Of a DNA stretch of 64,000 nucleotides, positions 39,986 through 53,335 are shown piece after piece. Every line of letters begins with the position of its first letter. The stretch's first letter is position 1. Source of the stretch: Octopus vulgaris (taxonomy: Eukaryota); the NCBI GenBank assembly GCA_951406725.2, contig OX597818.1, positions 12,028,001 through 12,092,000 on the forward strand, read 5' to 3'. The notes under the pieces were generated by a model. The model did not search any database. It saw only the letters and a list, made by a program, of their open reading frames with translations, and was not told where the DNA came from. Position numbers and translations under genes: made by a program.

Positions 39986-40291
39986 GTACTAAATTAGTGA
40001 TTGAAAATAAATATGAAATAATATGAATTTAAGCTCTAATTGCAATGTCAGCTATATTCTGAAGATGGAATACGTGACATGAGAATGAGAATATTGCCTC
40101 AAATAAACACACTTTGTGTTATTGACTGTTAAACTCAGAAAATGGTACTTCAAATCCAGGTGAAAATCTTCAAATCCTAATTCTAGTTGATTTTTCTCTT
40201 AATCATGCATACACATATTCTCTGCACTAGGATATCATTTCCTTCTTGGAAATCTTGCGAAATCCATATTCTATTGACTTCCATATTATAC

Positions 40292-40331
40292 GTACATACA
40301 TACATATATGTATATATACATACATACATAC

Positions 40332-40424
<93 letters not shown>

Positions 40425-40599
40425 TATATACATACATATATATATATACATTCATATATATATATACATACAAACATATATATACATATATATACATACA
40501 TACATATATGTACATACATATATACATACATATATATATACATGCATATATATACATACATACATATATATACATACATATACATACATATATATATAC

Positions 40600-40676
<77 letters not shown>

Positions 40677-40677
40677 A
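40292..40677. repeat. (TA)n/(TACA)n compound microsatellite
   Basis: Direct inspection; one of dozens of (TA)n, (CA)n and (GA)n tracts in the window. Confidence 0.95.
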
Positions 40678-40915
40678 GCTGGTGAACGTATCGTGTATGC
40701 GGATTTCTACGTCACGCAATATTTTCAGAGACGCAACGTGACAAGGAAGACATCTGCAATTCCAACTGATTACAAATTCTTTTTGGCACTCAACATTCCG
40801 TAAGTAGACTCTTAACTGTGAGTCCTTCATGCAGAAGACACCAATGGATAAGTATGAATTTATTAATTCATACTTATCCATATTGCAAATTGGACGTCAA
40901 ACTTTAAGTACTTAC

Positions 40916-41077
40916 CCTTCGTGTTTCGTCGGCACAATTGGCTGAATTTTCTGCCCTAGCGAGCAGAACTGATAATTTCATTAACAATCGCATAACCATG
41001 AGTAAATCTTCAATATAAGCTCGATATTTGTTTTTCTCTTGTGGATTATCACACAGTTCTTCCAAAGAATTAAGGAT
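40916..41077 (-). CDS. Shroom: Shroom-family ASD2 domain exon
   Basis: tgcag|ATC...AGG|gtaagt, 162 bp, ILNSLEELCDNPQEKNKYRAYIEDLLMVMRLLMKLSVLLARAENSANCADETRR; matches ASD2 (LC.P.E..KYR.FIGDL..V..LLLSLSGRLAR.ENAL). Confidence 0.9.
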
Positions 41078-41107
41078 CTGCAAACAAAACAAACCATATT
41101 AAATTGA

Positions 41108-41308
41108 CTTCAAATTTTGGCACAAGATCAGTAATCTCAGGGGAGGGATAAGATGATTACATCGAGCCTAGTGCTCGATTGGCACTTATTTTATCGACCC
41201 AGAAAGGATGAAAGTCAAAGTCGACCTCGGCAGAATGAGTTCAGAACATGAAGATGAACAAAATTCCGCAAAGCCCGGTGTGCTTAACTATACTGCCAGC
41301 TCGCCAGT
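41108..41308 (-). mobile_element. SINE family A (intronic)
   Basis: Match to consensus. Confidence 0.8.
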
Positions 41309-42678
41309 TTATAAATCATATTAAATTGCAGGGAAAAGACAGAACTTCTTCATAAATGAACGTCTCCCCCAGCGCGCGCACGCACACACACACACACACG
41401 CACGTGTAGCGTATCACTATAATAAAGTGTAAATTTGCTTCGCTGACGAGGTCTAATAAAACCAAAGACGCATGTAGATGTTACAATGTCGCGTACTGGA
41501 AAAAATAAAGTCATATCCTCCACTACATTCTACTTTTAATTAAAATTCTTGAGTTGTTTCTTCTGCTTTTCTTCCCTCATTATGAGCATAATTCTAATGA
41601 ATAAAAAATTTCTTACACACTATGTGTTAGCGGCTAATTTACTATTTAATGATCATAATGTCAAATTTCGTTACCAGTGAATTAAGTTTAATCTATACAA
41701 TTGTTAAAGAGGAAAATAGCTATTTTACGAGTGATGCCAAGAGAAACCTCGCTAAACATGTTGTCCGGCGTGTTAACGATTCTGCCGGCTCGCCATCGTG
41801 AGACATATTTATATTAATATATGTATTAAAAGATATATACAACGAAATTCCTTACAATCTTAGGTTTCCAGATTACATAAAGAATTGGTTAACGGGAGGC
41901 TATAGTAGAAGACAATTGATCAATTATTTTTCAGTGGGGTCGAACTTGGAACCACATTTTTGAAAGCGAAATTTTTAACCACAAAGGCATGCCTGAGCAC
42001 TTCCCCCTTGAAACTCTTCCTACAGAAAGAAATGGATTACGTATTGCGAGCTAGATAAGCGTTCGTCAATTTTTCAATTCTGTTTGCCCTACGGTGCATT
42101 AACCCTACTTGCAATGACACTGACAATATTGTGATACGAGGGAGGGTCTCTTAGAAATATTATTGCCAAGAATGTAGGCCAAACAAATAACAATCCCAGT
42201 CTTCAGTGACAAGATATATTGCGAGCAAGGCTATCGTTAGATTGAGGAAAATATTAACAATAAAATAAAACAAAATCCAAACTAAAAGAGAGCAGGACAG
42301 ATGAGCTATCATAAAGAGGTTTGTATCGAAAGTGAAACCTTCAAAATGAGATACAAGTTTGTTTTTGTATATAAATACTGGATTAAAAGTATGCAATTTC
42401 GAGAAACACATTTCACTTTCAAACGTGCAACACAGAGTGTTTATTGTGCATCTATATTTTATATTTATAGATGGTAATATCAGATTTTGGTGTTATATGA
42501 TTAATGTTATGTTTATAAATCATATAATAAGCCAGTCTCTATAGGCAAAGCAGAGAAACTATTTTTAAACGCTATAGCTATTTTTTGTACAAGAATGTTA
42601 TTTAATCGCATTAAATTGAAGATACATATAAACAACAACAACAACAACAACAACATAATAATAACAATAATAATAATA

Positions 42679-42746
<68 letters not shown>

Positions 42747-43026
42747 CCTTTCTACTAAAGGCACGAGGCCTGAAATTTGTAGTGTGGGGTCTTACATTGA
42801 ATCTAGCTCTCAACTGGGACTTATATTATCGACCCTGAAATGACGAGAGGCAAAGCTGATCTCGTTGACATTTATACTCAGAATTCTGCCAGTTCACCGC
42901 CTTCATAATCATAATAGTAATGGCTATTCTCACCATCATCGTCGCCATTATCATCGACATTATCATCATCTCCACCACTACAAGGAATTTTGTTTTAGGA
43001 TGAATAAAAAATGTTTCGAAACCCAC

Positions 43027-43128
43027 CTTTTCTCCTAAATTATTGATATCTTTGGTCTCTCGTTCAATGGTTTGTTTGACCACTTGTAGAGCTTCCAGTT
43101 TTTTTCGAATGGACTCTTTCAGTTCTTC
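43027..43128 (-). CDS. Shroom: Shroom-family ASD2 domain exon
   Basis: cag|GAA...AAG|gtggg, 102 bp, EELKESIRKKLEALQVVKQTIERETKDINNLGEK; matches the ASD2 start (ELIESL.RKL..L......L..DI..N..LG). Confidence 0.9.
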
Positions 43129-43375
43129 CTGTTGTAAGAAGATTAAAATAGTGAATTAGAGAAAAAAAAATCTACGTACCACTCCACACAGACGTTTTGA
43201 AAGGGTTCGTACTGCATAAGAGCATCTGCTCTTTTCACACGAGTGTTTGAAAGTTAAAAACACCGAAAGCGCTTAAACAATACGAAAAGTTCCTTTCAAA
43301 ACGTTTGTGTCATTTAAAAAAAACATGTTTTTCAATGATTAATAATATTTAACTTTAAAATCTTCCTTGAAATAT

Positions 43376-43775
43376 TGGTTTCAAATTTTGATACAATGCC
43401 AGCAATCTAGTGGGAGGGGAAAGGTCGAATTCATCGATACCCAGCGCTCAACTGGAACTTATTTTATTGACCCCGAGAGGAAGAAAGTCAAAATCGACCT
43501 CGGTGAAATTCGAACTCAGAATGTAAAGACGAATGAAATACCTATTTATTTACTACCCACAAGGGGTTAAACACAGAGGAGACAAGCAAGGACAGACTGA
43601 CGGATTAAGTCGATTATATCGACCCCAGTGCGTAACTGGTACTTAATTTATCGACCCCGAAAGGATGAAAGGCAAAGTCGACCTCGGCGGAATTTGAACT
43701 CAGAACGTAACGGCAGACGAAATACTGCTTAGTATTTCGCCCGGCGTGCTAACGTGTCTGCCAGCTCGCCGCCTT
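43376..43775 (-). mobile_element. SINE family A, dimeric form
   Basis: Two Nin-type cores in tandem. Confidence 0.85.
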
Positions 43776-43879
43776 CAGTTCTTTCTCGTGGTTGAGAACT
43801 AGGGTCAATATAATAGACTTATCCCCTCCTTCGAAATTGCTGGCCATGTGCCAAAATTTGAAATCAGTATTAATATATA

Positions 43880-43925
<46 letters not shown>

Positions 43926-44757
43926 TTTTGATAGATATCAGGGGTGTATACTCGGGGAATCCAAGGTGAACGTTGCAAAGTACCAAAGATAGTAAATTTT
44001 CTCTACAATAATTCTGTTCTTGCAGTATCATGGTATAATCTGGTCGTAATTTGCTTTTCAACTCTAATAATACACTCTCAAAAACAAAGATAAAATCAGG
44101 TTGAAGTCGTATTAAGTATAGAAGCAGCTTGATGTTTGTATGTTTATACTTACACCAGACGAGTAGGTTCAGCACGGTTGCACAACAAGTGACAACAACC
44201 ATCCTATCCCATGTGTGTGTGAGAGCACGTGCATGTATTTGTGTATATATATTTATATGTATGTGCACATACGCATGCATATATGAGCACACTACTCAGA
44301 ACAAAATATTGTGATACACGAAACACAAGCTGAAACAGGTTTGTGTATATAGATAAACATGTGGCGCCTCATATTTCCGCATAATCACATACATAGTTAC
44401 ATATACATAGGTATATACACACATGTGTGTATATGCCAACAAAAATATATACATATACAAAAATAAAAAAATAAACAAGTTAAACACGTGTGCCTATTTA
44501 TATTTGCACACGAGCACACGTGTATAACAAACAAAAATGCACATGTAAAAACATATGCATCTACATTTACACACATACACACACACACATATCATACGTG
44601 TATACAAACACGTACATATATCGTCATAGCATAGGCGCACATATATAAACAAGAATAGGAAACTGGGAGTAACTTGAACAGAATCAACTTCGAATAAACA
44701 TTATTCTTAAGTGTACTGAGTACTTACTTGCATACAAATGCATTTCACATCAGTATC

Positions 44758-44800
<43 letters not shown>

Positions 44801-44934
44801 CTTTTATCTGTCTGTTTGTGCAGTGAATTAGTAAAGTTACTTGAGCGAACTGTGGAATGCTTTGTGATATTTGTTTTGGCTTTCTCTGCACCGAGTTCGA
44901 ATTCCGAGTGGAGAATCATGGAATGAGTGGGATG

Positions 44935-45290
44935 TACTATGCTTGTTTTCTGTATGGCCCTGAGTTGTGGACTACCTGCAGTCACCATCTTTGACTCATT
45001 GAGCTCTTCCATCAGCGCTGCCTCCGCTCCATCCTCACCACCCACTGGTGGGACTTTGTTATCAGCCTCGAAAGGAAGAGGTTAGAAACACCGAGATCAT
45101 GCAGTTAAAGTCGCAGCTTAAAGGTACAAGTCATAGAACATTCTGCTCAAGATAACGATGCTTGGCGAACTCTCTCCCTACAAGCTATCATAACAGAGCG
45201 GCACCAAAGAAAAAGTTTTAAGGATTCTCTTGAGAAATCCCATAGTGTCAGTCAGTATAACCATCGCCAGTGGTCTCTTATAGTTTGTCT
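44935..45290 (+). mobile_element. RTE/BovB-like LINE 3' fragment
   Basis: LYGPELWTT...LFHQRCLRSIL..HW.DFV...APKKKFKDSL. Confidence 0.7.
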
Positions 45291-45427
45291 CATCCTCCGG
45301 GAATGCATGCAGAGTTGACCTTCAGTACAAAAGGAGGTGGTAGAGGAATCGTGACACTGCTGTAAAGGACACCGAACGGTATTTTCCCTTTGTAACTTGC
45401 TGCATGAAAGATGTGATAATAGTAATG

Positions 45428-45640
45428 ATTTCAGATTATGGCACAAGACCAGCAAGTTCGGGTTGATGGGGGTAAGTCCATTACATCGATCCCAAGGTTC
45501 GAGTGGTACTTGTTTTATCGACCCAGAAAAGGATGAAAGACAAAATCTCGGCGGAATTTGAACTCAGAACGTAAAGACGGATGAAATGCAGTTAAGTATT
45601 TTGCCCGGCGTGCAAGTGATTCTGCCAGCTCACTGCCTTA
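45428..45640 (-). mobile_element. SINE family A
   Basis: Match to consensus. Confidence 0.85.
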
Positions 45641-45655
45641 GATATAATAGTAATA

Positions 45656-45858
45656 CAGTAATCCCTCGACTATCGTGGATGGTTACGTTCCAAACACCCC
45701 CGCGATAGGTGAAAATCCGCGAAATAGAATCAGTACAGTGTATATTTTTTATCATTTTTATAATTTGTATATATTTATTTTATTATAAATGCGAAACAGC
45801 ACCACGGAGGAATCGACGTAAACTTAAATAATAAACCGCGATAGGTGAGAGATTACTG
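45656..45858. mobile_element. pogo/Tigger-type MITE
   Basis: TA|cagtaatccctc ... gagagattactg, with internal ccgcgataggtga repeats. Confidence 0.7.
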
Positions 45859-46489
45859 TTATGATAAATGGATAGAAATAGATTTCTGTGTGCTTGTGTA
45901 TATAATACAGAACAAGATGCGAACAATCGAATTTGCGGTTTCAATCACAGATTGAAATCATCTAATTTCACTTATAGTACTTATTACCTTTAGCAAGGCA
46001 TGCTTATCACTACTTATTTCTGTAGATTTGGTGAAAAGAAACATACATATTCAACTTATATTCTGCATAACTGTCGAAAACAGGGCAAAAAATATCTAAT
46101 ACTCAAAGCAAGAACAGGAAGGAAAAAAATTAAAATATACAAGGAAAAAAAAGCTGCTACTACTGTTACAATAACAACCAAGACATACATTGAACACATA
46201 GTTGTGTCTAATGACCTCGAAAATATTTGCAACTATCAAAATGTTTATTGAAAGTGGACAAAATAGGATTTGTTTAGCAGCTATATATAGAATAATTGCC
46301 TATTTTAAGTGCCCTACCCTTCTACCGATGCTATATACGCTGCCATCATTGTCAAGTACCAGTATAATTTGGATAATGTCAGCCGAAATCGCTGTTGGAT
46401 CTGTTAGAAATACCAGTCACATCATCCTCAAATTAAACCCTACTGTCTTAAAAATAAAAGGGGGACACTCACACACACGCGCATATATT

Positions 46490-47310
46490 CTTTTATTTGT
46501 TTTAGTAATTAGACTGCGGCCATGCTGGGGCATCACCTTGAGTTTAGAACGAATCGACCCTGGTACCTTTTATATATATTTTTTAAAGCCCAGTACTTAT
46601 TCTATCGGTCTCTTTTGCCGAACCGCTAAGTTACGGGGGGGCATAAACACACAAACACTAGTTGTCAAGCGGTGATGACAAACACACGCACGTGTGCACG
46701 CGCACACACACATACGACGAGCTTCTTTTAGTTTCCGTTTACCAAATCCACTCACAAGTATGTGGTCGGCCCGAGGCTATTGCCCAAAGTGCCAGGCAAT
46801 GAGACTGATCCCGGAACCATGCAGCTGGAAAGCAAGTTTCTTACCACACAGCCACGCTTGCGCCTATATGTATATATATATATATATCTTTTATCCTTTA
46901 CTTATTTTAGTCCTTGGACTGCAGCCATGCTGGGACATCGCCTTAAAGGGTTTAGTCAAAGAAATCGACACTAGTACTTATTTTTTAAACCTGGTAATAT
47001 TCTATCGGTTTCTTTTGCCAAACTGCTAGGTTACAGGGCCGTAAAAGAACAACTCAGCACCGGTTGTCAAGTGGCAGTGGGGGGAGGGGTCAAACACGCA
47101 CGCACACATACGACGGGCATCTTCAGTTTCCGTCTATCAAATCAATTCATAAGGCTTTGGTCGGGCCGAGACTATAGTGGAAGACACTTGCTCAAGGTGC
47201 CGCACAGTGGGACTGAACCCGTAACCATATGATTAAGAAAGAAACCTCGCACCACTTAGCCACGCCTGTGCCTATATATATATATTATTACACTTTACTT
47301 GTTTCAGTCA
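46490..47310 (-). mobile_element. Head-to-tail array of SINE family B (two full copies plus a third tail)
   Basis: Repeated tail-core-head units at about 46490-46865 and 46890-47272, and a tail at about 47295. Confidence 0.85.
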
Positions 47311-47469
47311 TAAGACATATTCACCTCCACACACTTGTTTGTATATGTGTGTTATAAACTCCTGATGAAATTGTCGTTGATTGGGGGTTGGGGGGCACCG
47401 TGACATACGGTGTCTCGAAGCTTTAAACCTAGCGGAGCGCATCTCCGGGTCTGAACAGTCAATTTCATT

Positions 47470-47506
<37 letters not shown>

Positions 47507-47508
47507 GA

Positions 47509-47543
<35 letters not shown>

Positions 47544-47747
47544 GGAGGGAGAGAGCGAGAAGAATCAGCTTCAGTAATGGGTAGGTACTTAGTCGATTTC
47601 GCATTAAATACGGAATAAAGTTGACTTCGGCGGGATTTGAACACGAAGGGCAGAAGGACATAACGAATACCACAATTATTCTGTCAGTTACTCTAACGGC
47701 TCTTTCAATTCAATGCATGCATTTACATAAAAATAGCGCGTACACAC

Positions 47748-47832
47748 CTTTTTCTTTAATATACAGTTATCATCAACCTTGTTGTCTTGTTGATCTGGGG
47801 TTGGAGCTTCTTTCGAAATTACATCTGTAGAA
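47748..47832 (-). CDS. Shroom: Shroom-family protein, 85-bp exon (not in the ORF track)
   Basis: Polypyrimidine acceptor ttttttcag|T, donor AAG|gtgtgt. Phase 2 in, phase 0 out, exactly bridging the neighbouring exons; encodes (C)STDVISKEAPTPDQQDNKVDDNCILKKK leading into EEL of ASD2. Confidence 0.75.
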
Positions 47833-47960
47833 CTGAAAAAAAGAAAAAAAAAATGAAACTGAACTATGATGTATTAAGCAGATGTAACCAGACTTGCTTT
47901 CACATAAGAGCCACATACAATAATCTTCAGATGTTTGAAAGCTGTGCTTGAAGAGAGAAT

Positions 47961-48006
<46 letters not shown>

Positions 48007-48281
48007 GGATGCATGCGTTGTGTTGGTATTAAGACGCACGTTTACAGGTATGTATAATATTGGTTCTAAGATCGGCGCAAGGCCTGACATTTGGAATAGG
48101 AAGTTAGTTGATTAAGTCGGCTTCTGTACTTGACTGGAGTTCTATTTCATTGATTACTGAAAGGATGAAAAACAAAGATGAGTTCAGTGTGATTTGAACT
48201 CAGAACAAATACACCAAAGTATTTTCATTGTCTCTCTTAGAGTCTGCTAATCCACCACTTTACAAACACACACACGCACAC

Positions 48282-48348
<67 letters not shown>

Positions 48349-48699
48349 AGTATATACATGAATGTGTAATCCACCTGGATTAAATGTGTGGTCTATGACT
48401 GTGAAGAAGCACGCAGGTGAGCGATCCTTTAGCATTATACGTTTAGGTGAACTTAGCAAAACACTTACTTTAATATACTTCGGTTTTCATAAAGATGACG
48501 GATTAGCTATATACGAAAAGCACTAGTGGACATAAATTAGATATATTAAAGAAGAACATTAATCTACACATTCAGTACTTTCGACCTTAAACTAGCTATA
48601 GCTACTGACTTCGATAAAGTTAATTTCCTCGACAGCATTCTAGATTTAACCACGTACGTAAACCTTTAAGAAGTTGAATAAAAGATTAGTTTTATTAGC

Positions 48700-49340
48700 A
48701 TAGAACCATACTATTCGCCCATAGTTCTTAGAAACCTAATATATATTACATGAATGAGCTAAAATTTGTCTTCAAATAAATCTTTGATAAACACTCCCTA
48801 ATAGAATAATGTCTGACAAGCTTGTGGCTTCAAGAATAAAATTACCAGCTCTTTCTAAATCCCCACCTCCCAACTATAAAAAAGCTGTCGCAAAATCATA
48901 TAGTTTACACACTCCGTTTCACTTAAAGTTACACCTAATATTGCTTTCTAAAATTAACAGATAAACATTTCTCTCAAAACAGCAAGAATAGAAACTATTT
49001 TAATAAACAGAATCTTAAATTAAGCCACAGTTATACCCACCACACACGTAAAGAACATAATATCACATGCATTCCCAATAGAACTGAGTCATGTTCAGGC
49101 AGAAACATCAATGCGTGCCCTCTAAATGTCTTGCAACGCAGAAGCTATTATTACAAATGTGATGTAACCACTATATATCCAAACTTTGACGCGACACATA
49201 CAGCGGTATGACTGAAGACAAATTTAAGAGTAGATTCTGCAACCTTACTTTTTGTTTCACTAGTATATAGAAGAAAATTGCAACAGCACTAGCCTGTTAC
49301 TTCAATCACTTAAAAGGAACAACTTCTAATGAAAAGGAAG
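48700..49340 (+). mobile_element. Old Penelope-like fragment
   Basis: Broken translation RKII*F..SLKVTPNI / FLKLTDKHFSQ..YFNKQNLKLSHS / CPLN...YYKCDV / SGMTEDKFKSRF parallels the element at 12200-14735. Confidence 0.6.
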
Positions 49341-50077
49341 ATAAAAAAACACAAAATCCTACGAGTATGGAATTATTAGGTGTTATTTTTGAACGGTAAA
49401 GGAACGGTTCACACCTAAAAATCTACATAACCATGATATCTATTTAAACACCAGTTTCAAATACTTTCGCAAAGCGTAGGCACTTTGAGAACCAACTATT
49501 AAGTAAGCGAGACACACCGCTTCTCTTCCTTTCCTTCAAACACGCAAGCATGTATTATATGTGTCTGTGTGTACTTGATGGCGCGTGCTCATGCGTGCGT
49601 ATGCATGCACATGTGACAGGATGGTTTTGATGATATATGTCGGATGGACCAGAGATGATTTGGAGCCAAATAATAACAACTGAAATCTTTTTGCTTGTGT
49701 ATGACACGTATTGAAAGTATTCCCACATATTAAAACAGTTCTGGATGAGGTAATTAGAGACTTCAGAGAAGACAAATAAACCACCGATAATGATAAATAA
49801 AGTAACTTTTAGGACAGCATTTCAAGCAGACTTCTATCAACTTTCTTAATTCAAACTAAGAGTCGAAACAATGTTGCTATCCAAAAATAATAACAAGCAA
49901 GTAAGCAAATTTTTGAGAGGAATTTTACACAGCAACCCATTGTTAACTCGATGGTGTTATTAAAAACAAAAAACAAAAAAAATTATCCTAAATTTATCTT
50001 TGTTGAAATCAATATTTTGCCGAAGATATTCTACTGTCAAAACATTCCCCTCTTTTTAATCTAGTTTTTTTAAAAAA

Positions 50078-50130
<53 letters not shown>

Positions 50131-50986
50131 ATATGTATATATGTGTGTGTGTGTGTGTTTCCTATTTGAAGTGACATTACTAGAATGTGTCAACCCTGAA
50201 TAAGTTGTTGTTCACCATTTTATCTTCTGTCGGCAGTTGTATGTGTCAGACTAAGCTAGCGTCGAAATTTTTACCATGACCTTTAGAATCATTCAATGGT
50301 TTGAGAGGCAATAACTTAGTTATTGCCTCTTATACATATATACATACTTATACATACATACATACATACATACATACATACATACATACATCCACACACA
50401 CATACAAATTATATAAATAGATAATCAGATAAAATTAGAAGAGAAGCGAGCCAGGAGCAGACGGAATTTATAAAAGGTTTAGTTATTCGAAAGAACATTA
50501 GCTCGACACGGCTGTTAACTGATGGAACCACAAGATTGAGATGGCAACTGGCTTTCAAAAATTATCCTGATAAGCGTATTTTGAAAGAACAAAAGGCATT
50601 TAGTGTTCCTGAAATAACACATCTCAGACTGATTAATTGACCGTATTAGAAGAGCTATGATTTATATACCTGTCTAGTGAATGTTACTAATGGGTAGATG
50701 TTAACTAGTAAGTAACTTCCAGCATTTATATAATACAACTTTCAGTGGATCTTGTAAATAAGTAACCCTTGTTAAGCACGCCACTTAATTAAAGCAGTGA
50801 GGCTGAAGTGTTAGGTTTCTCAATATAGGTTTTATATGTCAGTATGCATTTTATTTCTTCATCTGCTACCATAAGTACATGGATGAAAGACAGAAAAACT
50901 ATCGTATAGTGAAAAAATTCATGTTCTATAAATATAATCGTTTCTAATATAAACACAAGCCACAGACTGAAATTGAGGGATTAAAC

Positions 50987-51241
50987 CAGTGGTTCTCAAC
51001 CATGTTTTGCCTTTGGACCCATTAAATTCCTCATTTATTTGGGTGGACTCTCAAAGTCATTTGATGTTTAAAAATTCTTATTATATCTTTTTAATTAGAT
51101 ATTATTTGGAATTGTATAAAAAATTGTTAAAATATGTTTAGTGTATTGTAGAAGTATAACCAATTTATTGTACATAATTTGTAACAACAAAATCCTATAT
51201 AGTCCCTCAAGGACTATATGGATCCTGGTTGAGAACCACTG
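50987..51241. mobile_element. hAT MITE
   Basis: TIR cagtggttctcaacca / tggttgagaaccactg; imperfect 8-bp TSD gattaaac/gattaatt. Confidence 0.8.
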
Positions 51242-51357
51242 GATTAATTTGACATCAGTATTTTACAGTATTCATCCACAAGAATGAAAAGCAAAGTTGA
51301 CCTCGTACAAAGAACGTAAAGAGGCTTAAACAAATACTGCAACGTAAAGAGCCTTAA

Positions 51358-51673
51358 GGAGGCGCAATGGCCCAGTGGTTAGGGCAGCGGACTCGCGGTC
51401 GGAGGATCGCGGTTTCGATTCCCAGACCGGGCATTGTGTGTGTTTATTGAGCGATAACACCTAAAAACCCCACGAGGCTCCGGCAGGGGGCGGTGACCAC
51501 CCCTGTTGTACTCTTTTGCCACAACTTTCTCTCACTCTCTCTTCTTGTTTCTTGAGTAACGCTGCGATGGACTGGCATCCCGTCCAGCTGGGGGGGGGGG
51601 ACATACGCCACAGAAACCGGGAAACCGGGCCCATGAGCTTGGCTAGGCTTGAAAAGGGCGACGTTTATCGTTT
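51358..51673 (+). mobile_element. tRNA-Arg-derived SINE with Meta/V-like conserved core, recent insertion
   Basis: ggcgcaatggcccagtggttagggcagcggacTCGcggtc...tttcgattccc head; gcgatggactggcatcccgtccag core; perfect TSD taaagagccttaa(g). Confidence 0.88.
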
Positions 51674-51784
51674 TAAAGAGCCTTAAGTAAATACTGCCCT
51701 CGATCAAAATATTATCCAATAAATATCAAATTCATCAACGGAGCTTTTTATTAAGCCCTACCACCCCGCCGAAGAAAAAACAGC

Positions 51785-51920
51785 AGTGAGCTGGCAGAAT
51801 CAAATTCCGCCTAGGTCGACTTTGCTTGAGGGTCGATAAAATAAGTACCAGTTGTGCATTGGGGTCGATGTAATCGACTTACCTCCAAACTTACTGGCCT
51901 TGTGCCAAAATTTGAAATCA
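51785..51920 (+). mobile_element. SINE family A, internally deleted
   Basis: Head joined to core and tail. Confidence 0.75.
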
Positions 51921-52514
51921 ATAAAGAGTACATATGATAAGGACAAGCCTTTAAATATATCACAGAAATTTCTTATCTTCGACTAAATACAATTTTGGTG
52001 GACGAGGATGAGTAAACATACCAGCTATGAGTAATGAGTTAGCAAACGTCGATTAAATATGACGTGAGTCTGAAAGCAGAAGTCAATCTGAAGTAAACCG
52101 TCTCAGATCAATGAGAAAGCTTACCGGAAGTCGTTTGACATGCTATTTTTTTTGTCTCTATCTCATATCACACCCTACCATCTTAGTAAATATAGGTTAC
52201 TGATATTGTAAGAAAGTCCTGCAAATACTTCGTTTCATTATAAAATTCGTGATAGTTATGAGTGCATCGTCTTTTATTATAGGTCTTCTCAATCAGGCTG
52301 ATCTGGAGCTAATCAATTACAACATATGAATGTACACATACACATTCATGTATTTATGTAGCGTATTTGTTTGGTTTTCGTGTAAAATACTAAGTGTTTA
52401 ATACATACATGTGAAAGACACATTTAGAGTCTGCTATAATTGCGTGATGCTAAACTGAATTATTTCCTAATAATTAAAAGTTTTAAAAATGAAAAAGTCT
52501 GTAATGAAATACTG

Positions 52515-52843
52515 TTTTCTACTCTAGGCACAAGGCCCGACATTTTTTGGGAAAGGCAAAGTCGACCTTGGCGGAATTTGAATTCAAAACGAAAACACAG
52601 ACGAAATACCTATTTCTTTACTACACACAAGGGTCTAAACACAGAGAGGACAAACAAGGACAGACAAACGGATTAAGTCGATTATATCGACCCCAGTGCC
52701 TAACTGGTATTTATTTATTCGACTCCGAAAGGATGAAAGGCAAAGTCGACCTCGGCGGAATTTGAACTCAGAACGTAACGGCAGACGAAATACGGCTACG
52801 CATTTCGCCCGGCGTGCTAACGTTTCTACCAGCTCGCCGCCTT
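52515..52843 (-). mobile_element. SINE family A, dimeric form
   Basis: Same internal junction as 43376-43775. Confidence 0.85.
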
Positions 52844-53008
52844 TATGTAATGAGATATTAAAACAAGTGTCACCTTTTATAGAGCCAACAAAGGAGGGGA
52901 ACGCGTGTTCTATAATGGACCAATCGAATCTATTATTTTTACTATCACCCCTTAAAGCCCTGATATTTTGATAGTAAGGTTACAAGGCATCTTTCTGTGT
53001 ATCTAAAT

Positions 53009-53335
53009 CAGTGGTTCTCAACCGGGCTCCATATAATTTTATTTTTGAGGGGTGTCCACGAATCAAAATAGTAAATTTGGGATCTACAATACTATTTTAA
53101 GGGGCCCTGAAAAAATTTTGTGTTAGATGTATGTATTGGTATGTATTGCAAGAAACAGCTAGGTTTCCTTCTCTAACATTTTACATGACTCAGCCTACAC
53201 AAGTTAATGCGTGAAAAACAAAATAGGAATTTGAAAGGAGTTTCTATAAAACTAGTTTCTAAACATCAGGTCCACCGGAATAAAATAGTAATGAAAGGGG
53301 TCTATAGATAAAAACAAAATGGTTGAGAACCCCTG
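53009..53335. mobile_element. hAT MITE
   Basis: TIR cagtggttctcaacc / ggttgagaacccctg with perfect 8-bp TSD atctaaat. Confidence 0.88.

Noticed and set aside
51359-51432. tRNA-Arg(TCG) gene
   Set aside because: The acceptor stem does not pair, and the sequence continues into a SINE body bounded by TSDs.
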